NCBI GenBank assembly: GCA_015520605.1
Contig: WAPT01000024.1
Span: 25,732 to 89,731, forward strand
Direction: 5' to 3'
DNA from: Nanobdellati archaeon
Lineage (GTDB): Archaea; EX4484-52; WAPT01
DNA length: 64,000 nucleotides
The number at the start of each line of letters is the position of its first letter. The stretch's first letter is position 1. Of this stretch, positions 45,703 through 55,628 are shown one piece after another. The notes under the pieces were generated by a model. The model had not been told where the DNA came from. It did no database searches and saw nothing but the letters and a program-made list of their open reading frames with translations. Made by a program: the position numbers and the translations under genes.

Positions 45703-47472
45703 ATGCCTATAAGACAGCCAATAATCAGCGTTCTGGCCCATGTGGATCACGGGAAGACAACTCTACTCGATTATATCAGAGGCACGGCTGTAACTGCAAA
45801 GGAAGCGGGGGGGATAACTCAGCACATTGGAGCAAGTGAGGTGCCAGCCGAGGTGATAAACCAAAAGTGTGCATCTCTCCTCAAAAGGTGGAATATAAAA
45901 ATAAGAATTCCGGGGCTTCTTTTCATCGACACGCCCGGACATGAAGCGTTTACATTTTTGAGAAAGAGGGGTGGAGCTCTTGCAGACATAGCTATACTTC
46001 TCATTGACGTAACTGAAGGTGTGAAACCGCAAACAGTTGAGTCGATAAACATCCTGAAGCAGTACAGAACACCTTTTGTGGTTGCCGCTAACAAGATAGA
46101 CAAGATTCCGGGATGGGTTCCCGTTAAGGATGCGTGCTTCCTTGATAGCATTGAGAGACAGTCTGAGAGAGTGAAAGCACTACTTGAAACAAAGATCTAC
46201 GAGCTTATAGGACAGCTCGCGGAGCATGGGGTTTATGCTGAGAGGTTTGACAGGATAACTGACTTTACAAAGACAGTGGCCTTGATTCCCATCTCCGCCA
46301 AGACGGGAGAGGGCACGCCAGAGTTGCTCGCGATAATAACAGGACTTGTACAGAGGTATCTGGAAAAAAGGCTTGAGATTAATCCCGCTGGTATGGGCAA
46401 GGGTGTCATTCTGGAGATGAAGGAAGTCCCTGGTCTCGGTAAGGTAGCTGATGTGATACTTTATGACGGGATGATGAGAAAAGATGATGTACTTGTGATC
46501 GGCGGGCTTGAGGAAGTGGTTGTCACACACATTAAGGGACTTTTCAAGCCCGCGCCTTTGAAGGAGATGAGGGTTGAAAAGCAATTTGTGCAGGTTGAGG
46601 AAGTTTCTGCAGCGTGCGGTGTTAGGGTAGCCGCGCCGGACATAGAGAAGGCTGTTGCTGGCGCGCCGATCTTTGCCATAAGAAACGAGGAGGAGCTTGC
46701 GAAGGCCAAGCGCGAGATAAGACTCGAGATAGACAGCTTGGATATACGCGAGGAAAGTGAGGGTGTGGTGATAAAGGCAGATACACTTGGTAGTCTGGAA
46801 GCTCTGGCAAAGATGCTAAAAGAAAAGGAAATACCCATAAGAAAGTTCGGCATAGGAACGCTAAGCAAGAAGGATCTTGTGTGGCTTGAGGAGATGAAGG
46901 AGGAATACCGTGTTGTTTTCGCGTTTAACGTTAAGGTCAGCGAAGAAGCGGAGGAATATGCGAAGCAAGCTAAAATAAGGGTAATGCGGGGTAGAGTCAT
47001 CTACAAGCTGATGGAAGAGTATGAAGCATATCTGAAAGAGTTGGAGGAGAAAAGAAAGGTAGAGGTGTTCTCAAGGGTAAAACTACCCGCTAAAATAAGG
47101 TTCCTGCCAGAGTTCGTTTTCAGGCAGAGCAAGCCGGCCATCATTGGAGTGGAGGTCTTGGCGGGTACCTTACAGCAGAAAGTTGATCTGATGGACGAGG
47201 AGGGTAAAATTGTTGGGACGGTTCATGCCATCCAGAAGATGGGTGAGAACGTTGGCAAGGCCGAAATTGGGGAGAGAGTTGCAATTTCCGTTGATGGTGG
47301 GGTGGTAGATAGGAACTTGAAGAGAGGAGCTATATACTACACAGCTCTTTCAAAGGACGATCACAGACTTCTGAGGGAGAATGAGGATTTGCTGGCCGAT
47401 CATCATAAGGTCGCGCTGGAGGAAATAGCGGAAATAATGAGGAAGAAGGACAGGTTCTGGGATGTGTTCTAA
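45703..47472 (+). CDS. infB: Translation initiation factor aIF5B (IF-2)
   Basis: HVDHGKT, AGGITQHIGA, DTPGHEAF, NKID. Confidence 0.97.
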   Translation: MPIRQPIISVLAHVDHGKTTLLDYIRGTAVTAKEAGGITQHIGASEVPAEVINQKCASLLKRWNIKIRIPGLLFIDTPGHEAFTFLRKRGGALADIAILLIDVTEGVKPQTVESINILKQYRTPFVVAANKIDKIPGWVPVKDACFLDSIERQSERVKALLETKIYELIGQLAEHGVYAERFDRITDFTKTVALIPISAKTGEGTPELLAIITGLVQRYLEKRLEINPAGMGKGVILEMKEVPGLGKVADVILYDGMMRKDDVLVIGGLEEVVVTHIKGLFKPAPLKEMRVEKQFVQVEEVSAACGVRVAAPDIEKAVAGAPIFAIRNEEELAKAKREIRLEIDSLDIREESEGVVIKADTLGSLEALAKMLKEKEIPIRKFGIGTLSKKDLVWLEEMKEEYRVVFAFNVKVSEEAEEYAKQAKIRVMRGRVIYKLMEEYEAYLKELEEKRKVEVFSRVKLPAKIRFLPEFVFRQSKPAIIGVEVLAGTLQQKVDLMDEEGKIVGTVHAIQKMGENVGKAEIGERVAISVDGGVVDRNLKRGAIYYTALSKDDHRLLRENEDLLADHHKVALEEIAEIMRKKDRFWDVF

Positions 47473-47492
47473 GTCAAAAAATTGGGAGGGAT

Positions 47493-48419
47493 TTACCTTT
47501 TCTCGAACCTTCTGAACACACCGGCAATATATGATGTGTAGAACAGAAATGAAAGTGTCGCTCCGACAAGGAATATACAACCTCCAACAAAAACCGTAGC
47601 TTTGTTCTGGAGAATAGCTTTTATAATGGACATCACCAGTTCATAGGCTTTTGCCTGCGATGCGGACATTGATGCACTTTTTCCCAGTGGGACAAGAGCG
47701 GGATATATAACTTTGAGGATTATGAAACCCGCGGGTATGAGGAACGCGAAAATTATAACGAGGTTGACGATCGCTCCACATAAATATATAACAAGCAACT
47801 CCAGAGGGTTATCGAGAAACACCCTCCATGATTTCTTTATTGATTCGATGACACTCGTCCTCTTGAGCACAGCGTAAGGGATTGATAACAAGAATCCCAG
47901 TGAGAGTATTATGGAATAAGCGTCAAGAAGTAACTCCGTGGCGGAGCTTTTCCCAATACTTTTGAGCGCATCTATACCGACAACCGATAAAAGAAGGACG
48001 AAAGCTATTATTGCGATAACCACTGGAACCCTCCTTAATCCATAGGATAAAGAACTACTGAGAGTATTCACTTTCTTTTTGCGTCTCATTTCATCAAACC
48101 TCACGAGAAAAGCATTGTACAGACAAAGCTTCGCGAAATAATACAGTGTGAATGCAGCAAATATCATCCACATTCTCACTACGATGCTGGTAGTCCTTTC
48201 AGATGGTAGAGTCGCCAAATTTCCGGTTTTACTTATTGTGCTCAGGGCGGATATAATACTCGGTCCCATTTGTATCAACGCATAAAAAAGACAGGATAAG
48301 AACATAATATCCAAAAGATATGTAAGAATAAACTCCCTGTAACTCACGCTGTGCTTTAGGGATATAGATATGTTTTCAGTTATGAAATTTACTAGCGATG
48401 ACCTCCTTTTTCTTGCCAT
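47493..48419 (-). CDS. Polytopic membrane protein, unknown function
   Basis: About 6 hydrophobic segments; ESIKKSW motif. Confidence 0.7.
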   Translation of the reverse strand: MARKRRSSLVNFITENISISLKHSVSYREFILTYLLDIMFLSCLFYALIQMGPSIISALSTISKTGNLATLPSERTTSIVVRMWMIFAAFTLYYFAKLCLYNAFLVRFDEMRRKKKVNTLSSSLSYGLRRVPVVIAIIAFVLLLSVVGIDALKSIGKSSATELLLDAYSIILSLGFLLSIPYAVLKRTSVIESIKKSWRVFLDNPLELLVIYLCGAIVNLVIIFAFLIPAGFIILKVIYPALVPLGKSASMSASQAKAYELVMSIIKAILQNKATVFVGGCIFLVGATLSFLFYTSYIAGVFRRFEKR

Positions 48420-48474
48420 TAAAGTTTAAGGATAAAAACTAATATATAAAAGTTTTGATTGCTTTTGCTTCCCT

Positions 48475-48963
48475 ATGCCCCCTCAATATTTAGCTCGCAC
48501 TTTTCACAAGAAAATAATGGTCGCGGTGCTGATACTTTCCATTTTTGTTTTTGTCGTTGCTGCCTCGTCCATTTATGTACAAGAACACATCTTCACCGGT
48601 AACGTGTGTGGATGCGCCATCCCCATCTACCTTTTCATACCGTTCATGGCATCGCTGGGGCTGCTTATAGGAACCCTCACTTATTATTTGCTTTCTCCAT
48701 CTATCGGGAATGATCTAAAACAGAGAAAGCTTGTTCTTGCTTTGCTGAGAGATGACGAAGCGAGAATCATGCGAGTTCTGATGGACAGTAACGGTGAAAG
48801 TACCCAAGCACGGATAGCAAAGCAGGCAAATCTGGACAAGCTGCGAGTTCACCGCGCAGTGAGGCGTCTGGAGAAAAGAGGAATCGTGGTCAGAGAAAGG
48901 GAAGGAAGGGTTGTGGTGGTAAGGATAAACGATCCCTACAGGAAGCTATTTTTCTCAGAGTAG
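48475..48963 (+). CDS. Membrane-anchored winged-HTH protein
   Basis: Two TM helices, then DEARIM...GESTQARI...VHRAVRRLEKRG. Confidence 0.8.
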   Translation: MPPQYLARTFHKKIMVAVLILSIFVFVVAASSIYVQEHIFTGNVCGCAIPIYLFIPFMASLGLLIGTLTYYLLSPSIGNDLKQRKLVLALLRDDEARIMRVLMDSNGESTQARIAKQANLDKLRVHRAVRRLEKRGIVVREREGRVVVVRINDPYRKLFFSE

Positions 48964-49842
48964 AACACACAAAAGATCTTCAAACAGATTCCTGTAATGT
49001 TCGTCATATTTCGGTAAAGGTGTAAGATGGTTTACCGCTTCTATGACTTTTCGATCATGCGGAATTTTTGCGATTACATCCGATCCGTACTCTCTTGCAA
49101 GCTTCTCGATTTTATTACACCAGGTATTGTTCAGATTGTACTTGTTTATGATAATGCTTTTCTCTATCCCAAAATGATCGGCAAGCTCAAGCATCCTGAT
49201 GAGGTCGCTTACTCCTGTTGGGGTGGGTTCCCCAACCAGCAGGGCATGATCCATAAATGCAAGAGATGCTATAACCGGACAGCCTATTCCGGCTGAGGCA
49301 TCTACCACCATTACATCCGCACGCACTTTTCTTGCGATTTCCACAGCCTTTTTCTTCACATCAATCACGATTTTTCCGCTTGCAGATTCTCCCACATAAA
49401 GCTCGCCACAGACAAGGAACAGGTTACGATTTACCCTGCACCACCCTATCCTGCCGTTTTTCACAGCCTTTATTTTTATCGCTTCTGTTGGACACACCAG
49501 CGTGCACGCACCGCAACCCTCACAGTAAATATATTTAATCTGAGGTGCACCGCCATCACGATTCCATTTTATGGCCTTAAACACACATACGTCCATGCAT
49601 TTTCCACAACCGATGCATTTCTTCTCGTTTATGAAAGCTTTTTCTGAGGTGCTCACCTCTATCCAAGCAAACTCATCATCTTTATCCTTTCCGAGGACGA
49701 GACGGAGGTTGGGCGCATCAACATCGCAATCAGCAGCCACTACATTATGCTCAATGGACGCAATCCAGGATAGGGATGATGCTACTACTGTTTTGCCTGC
49801 TCCACCCTTTCCGGAAGCAACGACGATTTTTTTCATTGGCAC
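48955..49842 (-). CDS. MinD-superfamily ATPase with inserted 2x[4Fe-4S] domain (COG1149 type)
   Basis: SGKGGAGKT, DCDVDAPN, CIGCGKC/CEGCGAC, GIGCPV. Confidence 0.92.
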   Translation of the reverse strand: MPMKKIVVASGKGGAGKTVVASSLSWIASIEHNVVAADCDVDAPNLRLVLGKDKDDEFAWIEVSTSEKAFINEKKCIGCGKCMDVCVFKAIKWNRDGGAPQIKYIYCEGCGACTLVCPTEAIKIKAVKNGRIGWCRVNRNLFLVCGELYVGESASGKIVIDVKKKAVEIARKVRADVMVVDASAGIGCPVIASLAFMDHALLVGEPTPTGVSDLIRMLELADHFGIEKSIIINKYNLNNTWCNKIEKLAREYGSDVIAKIPHDRKVIEAVNHLTPLPKYDEHYRNLFEDLLCVLL

Positions 49843-49849
49843 ACACCAT

Positions 49850-50704
49850 CTACCTTTTCAGGAGCTCATCCAGTTTTGCAACAATGCTGTTTATTCCTTC
49901 AATCTCATTGACTCTTCCTTTTGTGTAGAGCATAACCACGTTTTCAGAATAGGGGACAACACCAATGACGGGAAACGGAAAGATTTTCCTGATTTTTTCA
50001 AGATCCTCTTTGGGACCAAGAGCACGATTGACCACAATAAAAGCGCGTTTATTCATCAACCTTATCAGCTCTGCAACCCTTCTCGCATCCTCAATTCCCA
50101 ACGGTGTGGGTTCCATAACAAGAAGAGCAGCGTCACACGTCTCGAGAGGGGCCACAACATTGCACTTCACGCCGGGAGGAGCATCCACCACCACGAAATC
50201 AAAATCATTCTCATGTTCCTCAACAACGTTCATGAGCTCTCTGACCACCGGTGTTGGCTCCTCATTCCCGACTTTCATCTCACCCGAGATAATGTGGAGA
50301 CTCTCCTTAATCTCCCCTGTTTTAATCTCCCCCACACAGACCTTCCTTCTTCTTATAGCTCCCGCAGGACATGCAATGATGCAGGATCCGCACCCGTTGC
50401 ACTGCTCCTCAATTAGAATCGGTGCTTTCCCCTCCACCCTGAAGAGGGCGTTTCTTCTACAGGCATCAACACACCTGTAGCATTTTACGCAACTGCCTTC
50501 GTTTATCTCCGGTAAGAAGGAGAAAACCTCCCTTTCCTTCGCAAGCTTTCCCGCTCCCAAAACTATGTGAAGGTTGGGGCACTCGACATCAGCATCGACA
50601 GCCATGACTTTCAATTTTTCCGCGAGGTGCACGGAAATAGCGGCGGCCACCGTTGTCTTGCCAACCCCACCCTTCCCGGAAAGTACACATAGCTTGAATG
50701 TCAT
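49850..50704 (-). CDS. MinD-superfamily ATPase with inserted 2x[4Fe-4S] domain (COG1149 type), paralog
   Basis: SGKGGVGKT, DADVECPN, CVKCYRC/CNGCGSC, DAPPG; start at MTFKL. Confidence 0.92.
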   Translation of the reverse strand: MTFKLCVLSGKGGVGKTTVAAAISVHLAEKLKVMAVDADVECPNLHIVLGAGKLAKEREVFSFLPEINEGSCVKCYRCVDACRRNALFRVEGKAPILIEEQCNGCGSCIIACPAGAIRRRKVCVGEIKTGEIKESLHIISGEMKVGNEEPTPVVRELMNVVEEHENDFDFVVVDAPPGVKCNVVAPLETCDAALLVMEPTPLGIEDARRVAELIRLMNKRAFIVVNRALGPKEDLEKIRKIFPFPVIGVVPYSENVVMLYTKGRVNEIEGINSIVAKLDELLKR

Positions 50705-50744
50705 ACGGCACCGCTCATTTGCAGGAATCCTAACACCGTAAACT

Positions 50745-51083
50745 TCAGTGATGTGAACATCCACCCTCGAATCTCTCCAGCCTGTCGAGGTTTTCCACAA
50801 CATCTTTAGCTCTTCTGTACGGTCCGGTGAGAACCACAACTCCGGCTTCCTCCAGCATACACCTTGCCCTGTACCCCATACCAAGAACGTACACAGCATC
50901 CACGCCCAGCTCCACAAGCACAACGGCAGGAGCGCATACACCCTCTTCCCTCTTCACAAAATCGATTATTCTGTGGGCTTTGCTCTCCGTGTCATAGATA
51001 AGGAAGAACCTTACCCTGCCAAAGTGCTCAGCTACATCGGATTCAAGATCCCTGTTCTCTTCCAGCGGAATAGCAACAAGCAC
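50745..51083 (-). CDS. NifB/NifX-family (FeMo-cofactor-binding-like) protein
   Basis: VAIP, EHFGR, GVDAV...GMG.RA. Confidence 0.88.
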   Translation of the reverse strand: MLVAIPLEENRDLESDVAEHFGRVRFFLIYDTESKAHRIIDFVKREEGVCAPAVVLVELGVDAVYVLGMGYRARCMLEEAGVVVLTGPYRRAKDVVENLDRLERFEGGCSHH

Positions 51084-51095
51084 CTTATCACCTCC

Positions 51096-52352
51096 TCATA
51101 CCTTCTCTTTTGTGGGTTTTTCCATTCTTTCCACTTTCCCTTCGAGGAAAAGCCTTACAGCATCTTCAACGATCTCACCGCTCACCCTGTAGACGTCCTT
51201 ACCCTCGGTTCTGAGAGTGTAATATGCAATTTCGCCAATTTCTTTTGTGAGCACAACATCAAACACCACCGACTTTAAAAGCTGCTTTGCAACTGCAACC
51301 CCCGCTCTAATCTTTTTTTGTTTTTGCAAGTTTTCTAAGAAATCACGTAATTTCATACTGCTGCTCTTTTTATCCACCTCCACCACAACAAACCCCTCCG
51401 CTCTGCTGAACTTTTTCGCGAGTCTCGATTTCATCCCAGCGTTCTCTTCCACAGGCACAACGATTTTCAGCTCATTTTTCTCTTGCGGTTCCACATGTAC
51501 CACAAAGTGCTCGATCTGCGGCACATTCTCTCTAACCTTCTTCTCAACAGTATCCGCAACCTCGTGAGCCTTCTCAATATCCAATTTAGGATGTGTGGTT
51601 ATGGTAACCTCACCAAGTATGAATGGTCCCGCTCTTCTCAATCGGAGATCTCTGTAATCCACAACTCCAGACACGGACTCTATAGTCTCCCTAACTCTTT
51701 TCTCCATTTCCTTGCTGGGGCTTACATCCATCAGGGCAAGTATGCTCATGTATACGTTTTCCAATCCGATCTTTATGACAAGCAGGCTGATTATGACCGT
51801 GACGATACCTTCCACAAATCCAAAACTGGTTCCTGACAGAAGGACGGAAATCAGCACAAGTATGGAGGAAAAAACATCAAGTAGGGATTCCTTTGAACTG
51901 GCGCGTATCGCATCGGAATTCGTTAAATCCGCAATTCTTTCCTCATACCTTGCTATGGCATAGGATATGGCTGCCGATACGAGAGCCATGAGAGCGGCTA
52001 TGGGCACGAATAGTATGTGTGTTCCCGATCCCCATTTTCTTATCGTGTTGAGAACAAGTTCGTAGGCTCCGTAAAGAATGATGAGCGATACGAAAAGCGC
52101 CGCAAGGGACTCGGCCTTGTAGTATCCGTAAGGAAACCTTTCGGAGGGAGGTTTTGTGGCAAGTTTCATACCCACAAGCACGGCAAGGATAGCAGAGAAG
52201 TCCACTAGAGAGTGGAGAGCATCGGCAACAAGAACATGGGCATGTGTAATAACACCTGTCACAAATTTTAACAGGAAGAGCAGAAATAAGGCTATGCATA
52301 CATTTCGCATCGCTCTCATTCCTTCAAGCAGACTGGATTTTCCTACCACCAT
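51096..52352 (-). CDS. Cation diffusion facilitator transporter fused to a C-terminal NifX-like domain
   Basis: ADALHSLVD, FPYGYYKAE, HVEP; then VVPV...FSRA...IGEIA. Confidence 0.9.
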   Translation of the reverse strand: MVVGKSSLLEGMRAMRNVCIALFLLFLLKFVTGVITHAHVLVADALHSLVDFSAILAVLVGMKLATKPPSERFPYGYYKAESLAALFVSLIILYGAYELVLNTIRKWGSGTHILFVPIAALMALVSAAISYAIARYEERIADLTNSDAIRASSKESLLDVFSSILVLISVLLSGTSFGFVEGIVTVIISLLVIKIGLENVYMSILALMDVSPSKEMEKRVRETIESVSGVVDYRDLRLRRAGPFILGEVTITTHPKLDIEKAHEVADTVEKKVRENVPQIEHFVVHVEPQEKNELKIVVPVEENAGMKSRLAKKFSRAEGFVVVEVDKKSSSMKLRDFLENLQKQKKIRAGVAVAKQLLKSVVFDVVLTKEIGEIAYYTLRTEGKDVYRVSGEIVEDAVRLFLEGKVERMEKPTKEKV

Positions 52353-52747
52353 CCACCCCTCCTTCCGAAACCTCTGCCACCCCGCCCGAACCTTCCGGGC
52401 ACGGGCTGTATGAACTCCTCAAGCTCATTCCTGATCATCTTCTCCACATTTTCTCGAATGGAAGCTTCAAACCCTCTGTAAATTTTTATGCCGGCAGCTC
52501 TCAGAAGATCATAGGCTTTAGGCCCGATGGAAATGGCTATCACAGCTTTGCAGCCCGCATCCACAACTTTCTGAGCAGCCATTATGCCCGCTCCGCCCCT
52601 CGCATATTCAGCAGGGTTTTTCTCGCTGTTCCAGCTCGAGATGTTCCCTTCATTTACATCCACAAAAACAAAATACGGAGCCCTGCCAAAAATCGGGCAA
52701 ATCTTACTTTCCATATCGCTTCCTACTGCAGGGATGCAAACTCTCAT
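52343..52747 (-). CDS. NifB/NifX-family protein with RGG tail
   Basis: FGRAPYF, GGAGIMAAQ, IGPKA. Confidence 0.9.
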   Translation of the reverse strand: MRVCIPAVGSDMESKICPIFGRAPYFVFVDVNEGNISSWNSEKNPAEYARGGAGIMAAQKVVDAGCKAVIAISIGPKAYDLLRAAGIKIYRGFEASIRENVEKMIRNELEEFIQPVPGRFGRGGRGFGRRGGWW

Positions 52748-52762
52748 TACATACCACCTCTT

Positions 52763-52996
52763 TTACTTCCACTTTCCAACCATACGCGTGCCGCACTTGG
52801 GGCAGATTTCTGCTGAGCAGGGTCTTCCTCTCACATGCGGTATTTCGTACCCGCAGTTAGGGCAGACGCACTTTGTTGGGCCACCTGCCCTTATTCCCCT
52901 ACCTCGGCCTCTTCCAAAACCTGCTCCCCACAACCCACCTAACCTTCTGAAACACCTCCAGCCGCGCATTCTTCCAAACCCGCCAAACCGCGGCAT
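52763..52996 (-). CDS. Gly/Arg-rich small protein with Zn ribbon
   Basis: GFGRGRGRG...CVCPNCG...PC...CPKCG. Confidence 0.75.
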   Translation of the reverse strand: MPRFGGFGRMRGWRCFRRLGGLWGAGFGRGRGRGIRAGGPTKCVCPNCGYEIPHVRGRPCSAEICPKCGTRMVGKWK

Positions 52997-53001
52997 GTTT
53001 C

Positions 53002-53424
53002 TCACCTCCACACCACTCTGTACATACACTCAAAATCATCGCTTCCGCATGAAGGACACACGTAATTAATGATCCTTTCTCCGTAAGGTATGGTGAACTC
53101 GTGCATGCAGTTCCTGCACCTGAATCTGCGGGCATCGATAATCTTTACACTTTCATCCAGCTTGATGGCCTTACCATTTATCAGCGCGTCGGCAATTTTT
53201 CTTCTGGCCTCCTTAAGTATGCGGTGGAATGTTGGCCTGGATATACTCATTTTTCTTGCACATTCTTCCTGGCTTAATCCCACCAGATCCTTTAGCTTGA
53301 TTGCCTCAAGCTCATCCATGCTAAGCTCCACGATCTCAAGATCTCTCGTAGGAATTCCTCTGGGCTTGAAGAAGAGCACTTCTGGCATTTCTCCTATCAT
53401 CCTGCACTTTTTTGGCCTTGGCAT
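53002..53424 (-). CDS. DUF134 HTH regulator with C-terminal Zn ribbon
   Basis: MPRPKKCR, FKPRGIP, ELEAIKLKD...SRPTF...ARRKIADAL. Confidence 0.92.
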   Translation of the reverse strand: MPRPKKCRMIGEMPEVLFFKPRGIPTRDLEIVELSMDELEAIKLKDLVGLSQEECARKMSISRPTFHRILKEARRKIADALINGKAIKLDESVKIIDARRFRCRNCMHEFTIPYGERIINYVCPSCGSDDFECMYRVVWR

Positions 53425-53448
53425 AATTATGAACATATGTTCATAATT
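53425..53448. promoter_or_regulatory. Perfect 24-bp palindrome AATTATGAACATATGTTCATAATT, candidate operator
   Basis: Abuts the DUF134 start codon, between it and a TTTTAAAA TATA box. Confidence 0.75.
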
Positions 53449-53605
53449 TTAAAAAGGTATTGTGGGATGTTGATGCAGACTGTAGGGGTGTCAAAGGGGT
53501 TTCAATCGAGTTACAGTTCGATCGGGTAAAAACTAGGGAGTCGAAAAACAGACTTCATGTAGAAGATCCCCTAAATAGCGAGATAAAACATCAGGCCCTA
53601 AAAAC

Positions 53606-55477
53606 TCAACTGAAAAACCTTTTTATCAGTTCAGCAGGTGCTCTTGAAACAACGAACTTTGTTTCTGAGGGAAAGCACTTTCGGTAGTTGGCCCAAAGGT
53701 AGCGTTTGTCCATGTAAATTATCACCGCCCTATCTCTCTCACTCCTTATGGCCCTTCCCGCAGCTTGCTGAGCCTTGACGATTGCAGGGTAAATATAAGC
53801 GTAATCCCATCCCCTCCCGAACTTCGCCTCATAGTAGTTTATCATCGCCTCTGTAAGCAGATCCGGCTTTTCCAGAGGCAGGCCGACTATCACCACACAC
53901 TTGACTATATTGTTGGGGAAGTCCACTCCCTGATCAAAGCTACCTCCGATGACACCAAGCAGACATGCACCTTTATGCTCCACTGCCCTCACAAATCTGT
54001 CGAAGAGCTCAGCTTTCTTGCTCTTGCTCATCCCTTGCGCTTCCATCAACACCTCTTTCTGCACGGATATTGTTATCATTTCAGCTATGATGTCACGGAG
54101 CTCGTAGCTGGGAAAGAAAACGCAGACGTTGTCCGGAGACACGTTTATTATGCTCACCAAATACCTTGCCATCCTTTCAAAATTCTTCTCGTCCCTCTTG
54201 CTGTACTGTGTGGTGACATCGTCCACCACAATTTCCAGCTTGTTATTCCTCGGAAAGTACGACTTAAGCTTCAGCTTTCTTGCACCGAGTTCGGAGGCAC
54301 CAAGCACATCAGCATACATATCAAGCGGGAGCAAAGTTCCCGACATTAAAATGGTTGCATGAGCTTCTTTGAACACTTCTGAAGCAAGGGGTGAGGGATC
54401 TATACAGTAAAGGAGAAGCCTGTAATTTACATTTCCCTTTCTGGTCTTAGTCTTCTCCGCAATTCTGCAGTATATTGTTTTTTCTTCCATCCACCTCCTG
54501 AGAAATGACGCAAATCCACCAATATAGGAGCGCTTTTTCTCCTCCCTCACTTCATCGGCAACCTCCTCCATGTAATCGAGCATCTCCTCTATACTGATGC
54601 CCGGTCCCTCCACAGCATCAATAAGTATGCTCCTCCCAATGTAAGCTTGGGAGACACCGTCATCTTTGAACTTATCTTTCAACCTTTCTGCGACCTTTTT
54701 TCTAATGAGTCCTAACATCTCAGCTAAATCGTCATATCCAAAAGCTTCAGCTTCGCGCTCCGCTTTTTTTATGGCGAGGATGGATGTTGATGTGCTCATA
54801 AGCTCCCTTATCCGTGATGGTAGGTTGTGGGCTTCATCAACCACCACTATCGTGTCTTCTAGCTTTCTGTTGGCCCTACCAAGAAAGCTCTTTCTTACTC
54901 TCTCATGGAAAATGTGGTAGTAGTCTCCTATGAGCAGATTGGCATCTTTGGCAGCTTGCATTATTATTTCGTAGGGGCAGAGGTCATCACAGATAGCATG
55001 GACATCCTCAGCATATAACACGTCCCTCTTCACGCTCTTCAAAATACTTTCTGCCTTTTTGCTTAGTCCGCCCTTTCCATCCCAGGTGTTGTTGTAGTAC
55101 GGACAAGATTCGTTCTTTTTCAGAGCTCTGCAGTATTCATTGAACTCTGAAGAGCTTAGCATGTCTATTCCTTCCATTTTACAGAGCCATTTCTTTCCAA
55201 TTATATCCACAACCCTAAGATGCACCCCGGCCCTCTTATTTATCCTTCTAACGGTATCGATTGCTACTTTGTGCTGTGTATGTCTGGGTGTTAGAAACAC
55301 CACAACTTTGTCATGTTCCACAGCATATTCCAAAGCGGGTGCAAGGGCTCCAGCGGTTTTACCTATTCCTGTAGGCGCATGGACCAGCAGGACGCCTCCA
55401 GCCTTGCAGGTTTCTTCAACAGCTTCAACCATCTCTTTTTGTCCGGGGCGAACTGTGGAAAAGGGAAAGAAGCGCAT
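53606..55477 (-). CDS. xpd: XPD/Rad3-family Fe-S DNA helicase
   Basis: RPGQ, APTGIGKT, Fe-S Cys residues, DEAHNL, SGTL, QAAGRAIR. Confidence 0.92.
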   Translation of the reverse strand: MRFFPFSTVRPGQKEMVEAVEETCKAGGVLLVHAPTGIGKTAGALAPALEYAVEHDKVVVFLTPRHTQHKVAIDTVRRINKRAGVHLRVVDIIGKKWLCKMEGIDMLSSSEFNEYCRALKKNESCPYYNNTWDGKGGLSKKAESILKSVKRDVLYAEDVHAICDDLCPYEIIMQAAKDANLLIGDYYHIFHERVRKSFLGRANRKLEDTIVVVDEAHNLPSRIRELMSTSTSILAIKKAEREAEAFGYDDLAEMLGLIRKKVAERLKDKFKDDGVSQAYIGRSILIDAVEGPGISIEEMLDYMEEVADEVREEKKRSYIGGFASFLRRWMEEKTIYCRIAEKTKTRKGNVNYRLLLYCIDPSPLASEVFKEAHATILMSGTLLPLDMYADVLGASELGARKLKLKSYFPRNNKLEIVVDDVTTQYSKRDEKNFERMARYLVSIINVSPDNVCVFFPSYELRDIIAEMITISVQKEVLMEAQGMSKSKKAELFDRFVRAVEHKGACLLGVIGGSFDQGVDFPNNIVKCVVIVGLPLEKPDLLTEAMINYYEAKFGRGWDYAYIYPAIVKAQQAAGRAIRSERDRAVIIYMDKRYLWANYRKCFPSETKFVVSRAPAELIKRFFS

Positions 55478-55628
55478 GTTACAAAGCTAAGCGAGAAGCT
55501 TTTTAAGGTTAGCAGAACACGGTTGCCGAGGTAAAACGCCTTTAAAATTCCCGTGATAATTGTTATATATTTTTAAATTTCTCTTTTTCTACCTAAGAAT
55601 CATAATAAAAACTGAACGGGGTGGTGGT

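Noticed and set aside
50705-50941. N-terminal extension of the second COG1149 ATPase
   Set aside because: Overlaps the NifX gene in another frame; the P-loop domain starts at MTFKL (50704).
50745-52747. Nitrogen fixation inferred from NifX-like genes
   Set aside because: No nifH, nifD or nifK in the window; this family is common in non-diazotrophs.
53499-53507. GTTTCAATC word resembling a CRISPR repeat start
   Set aside because: Isolated here, with no array.
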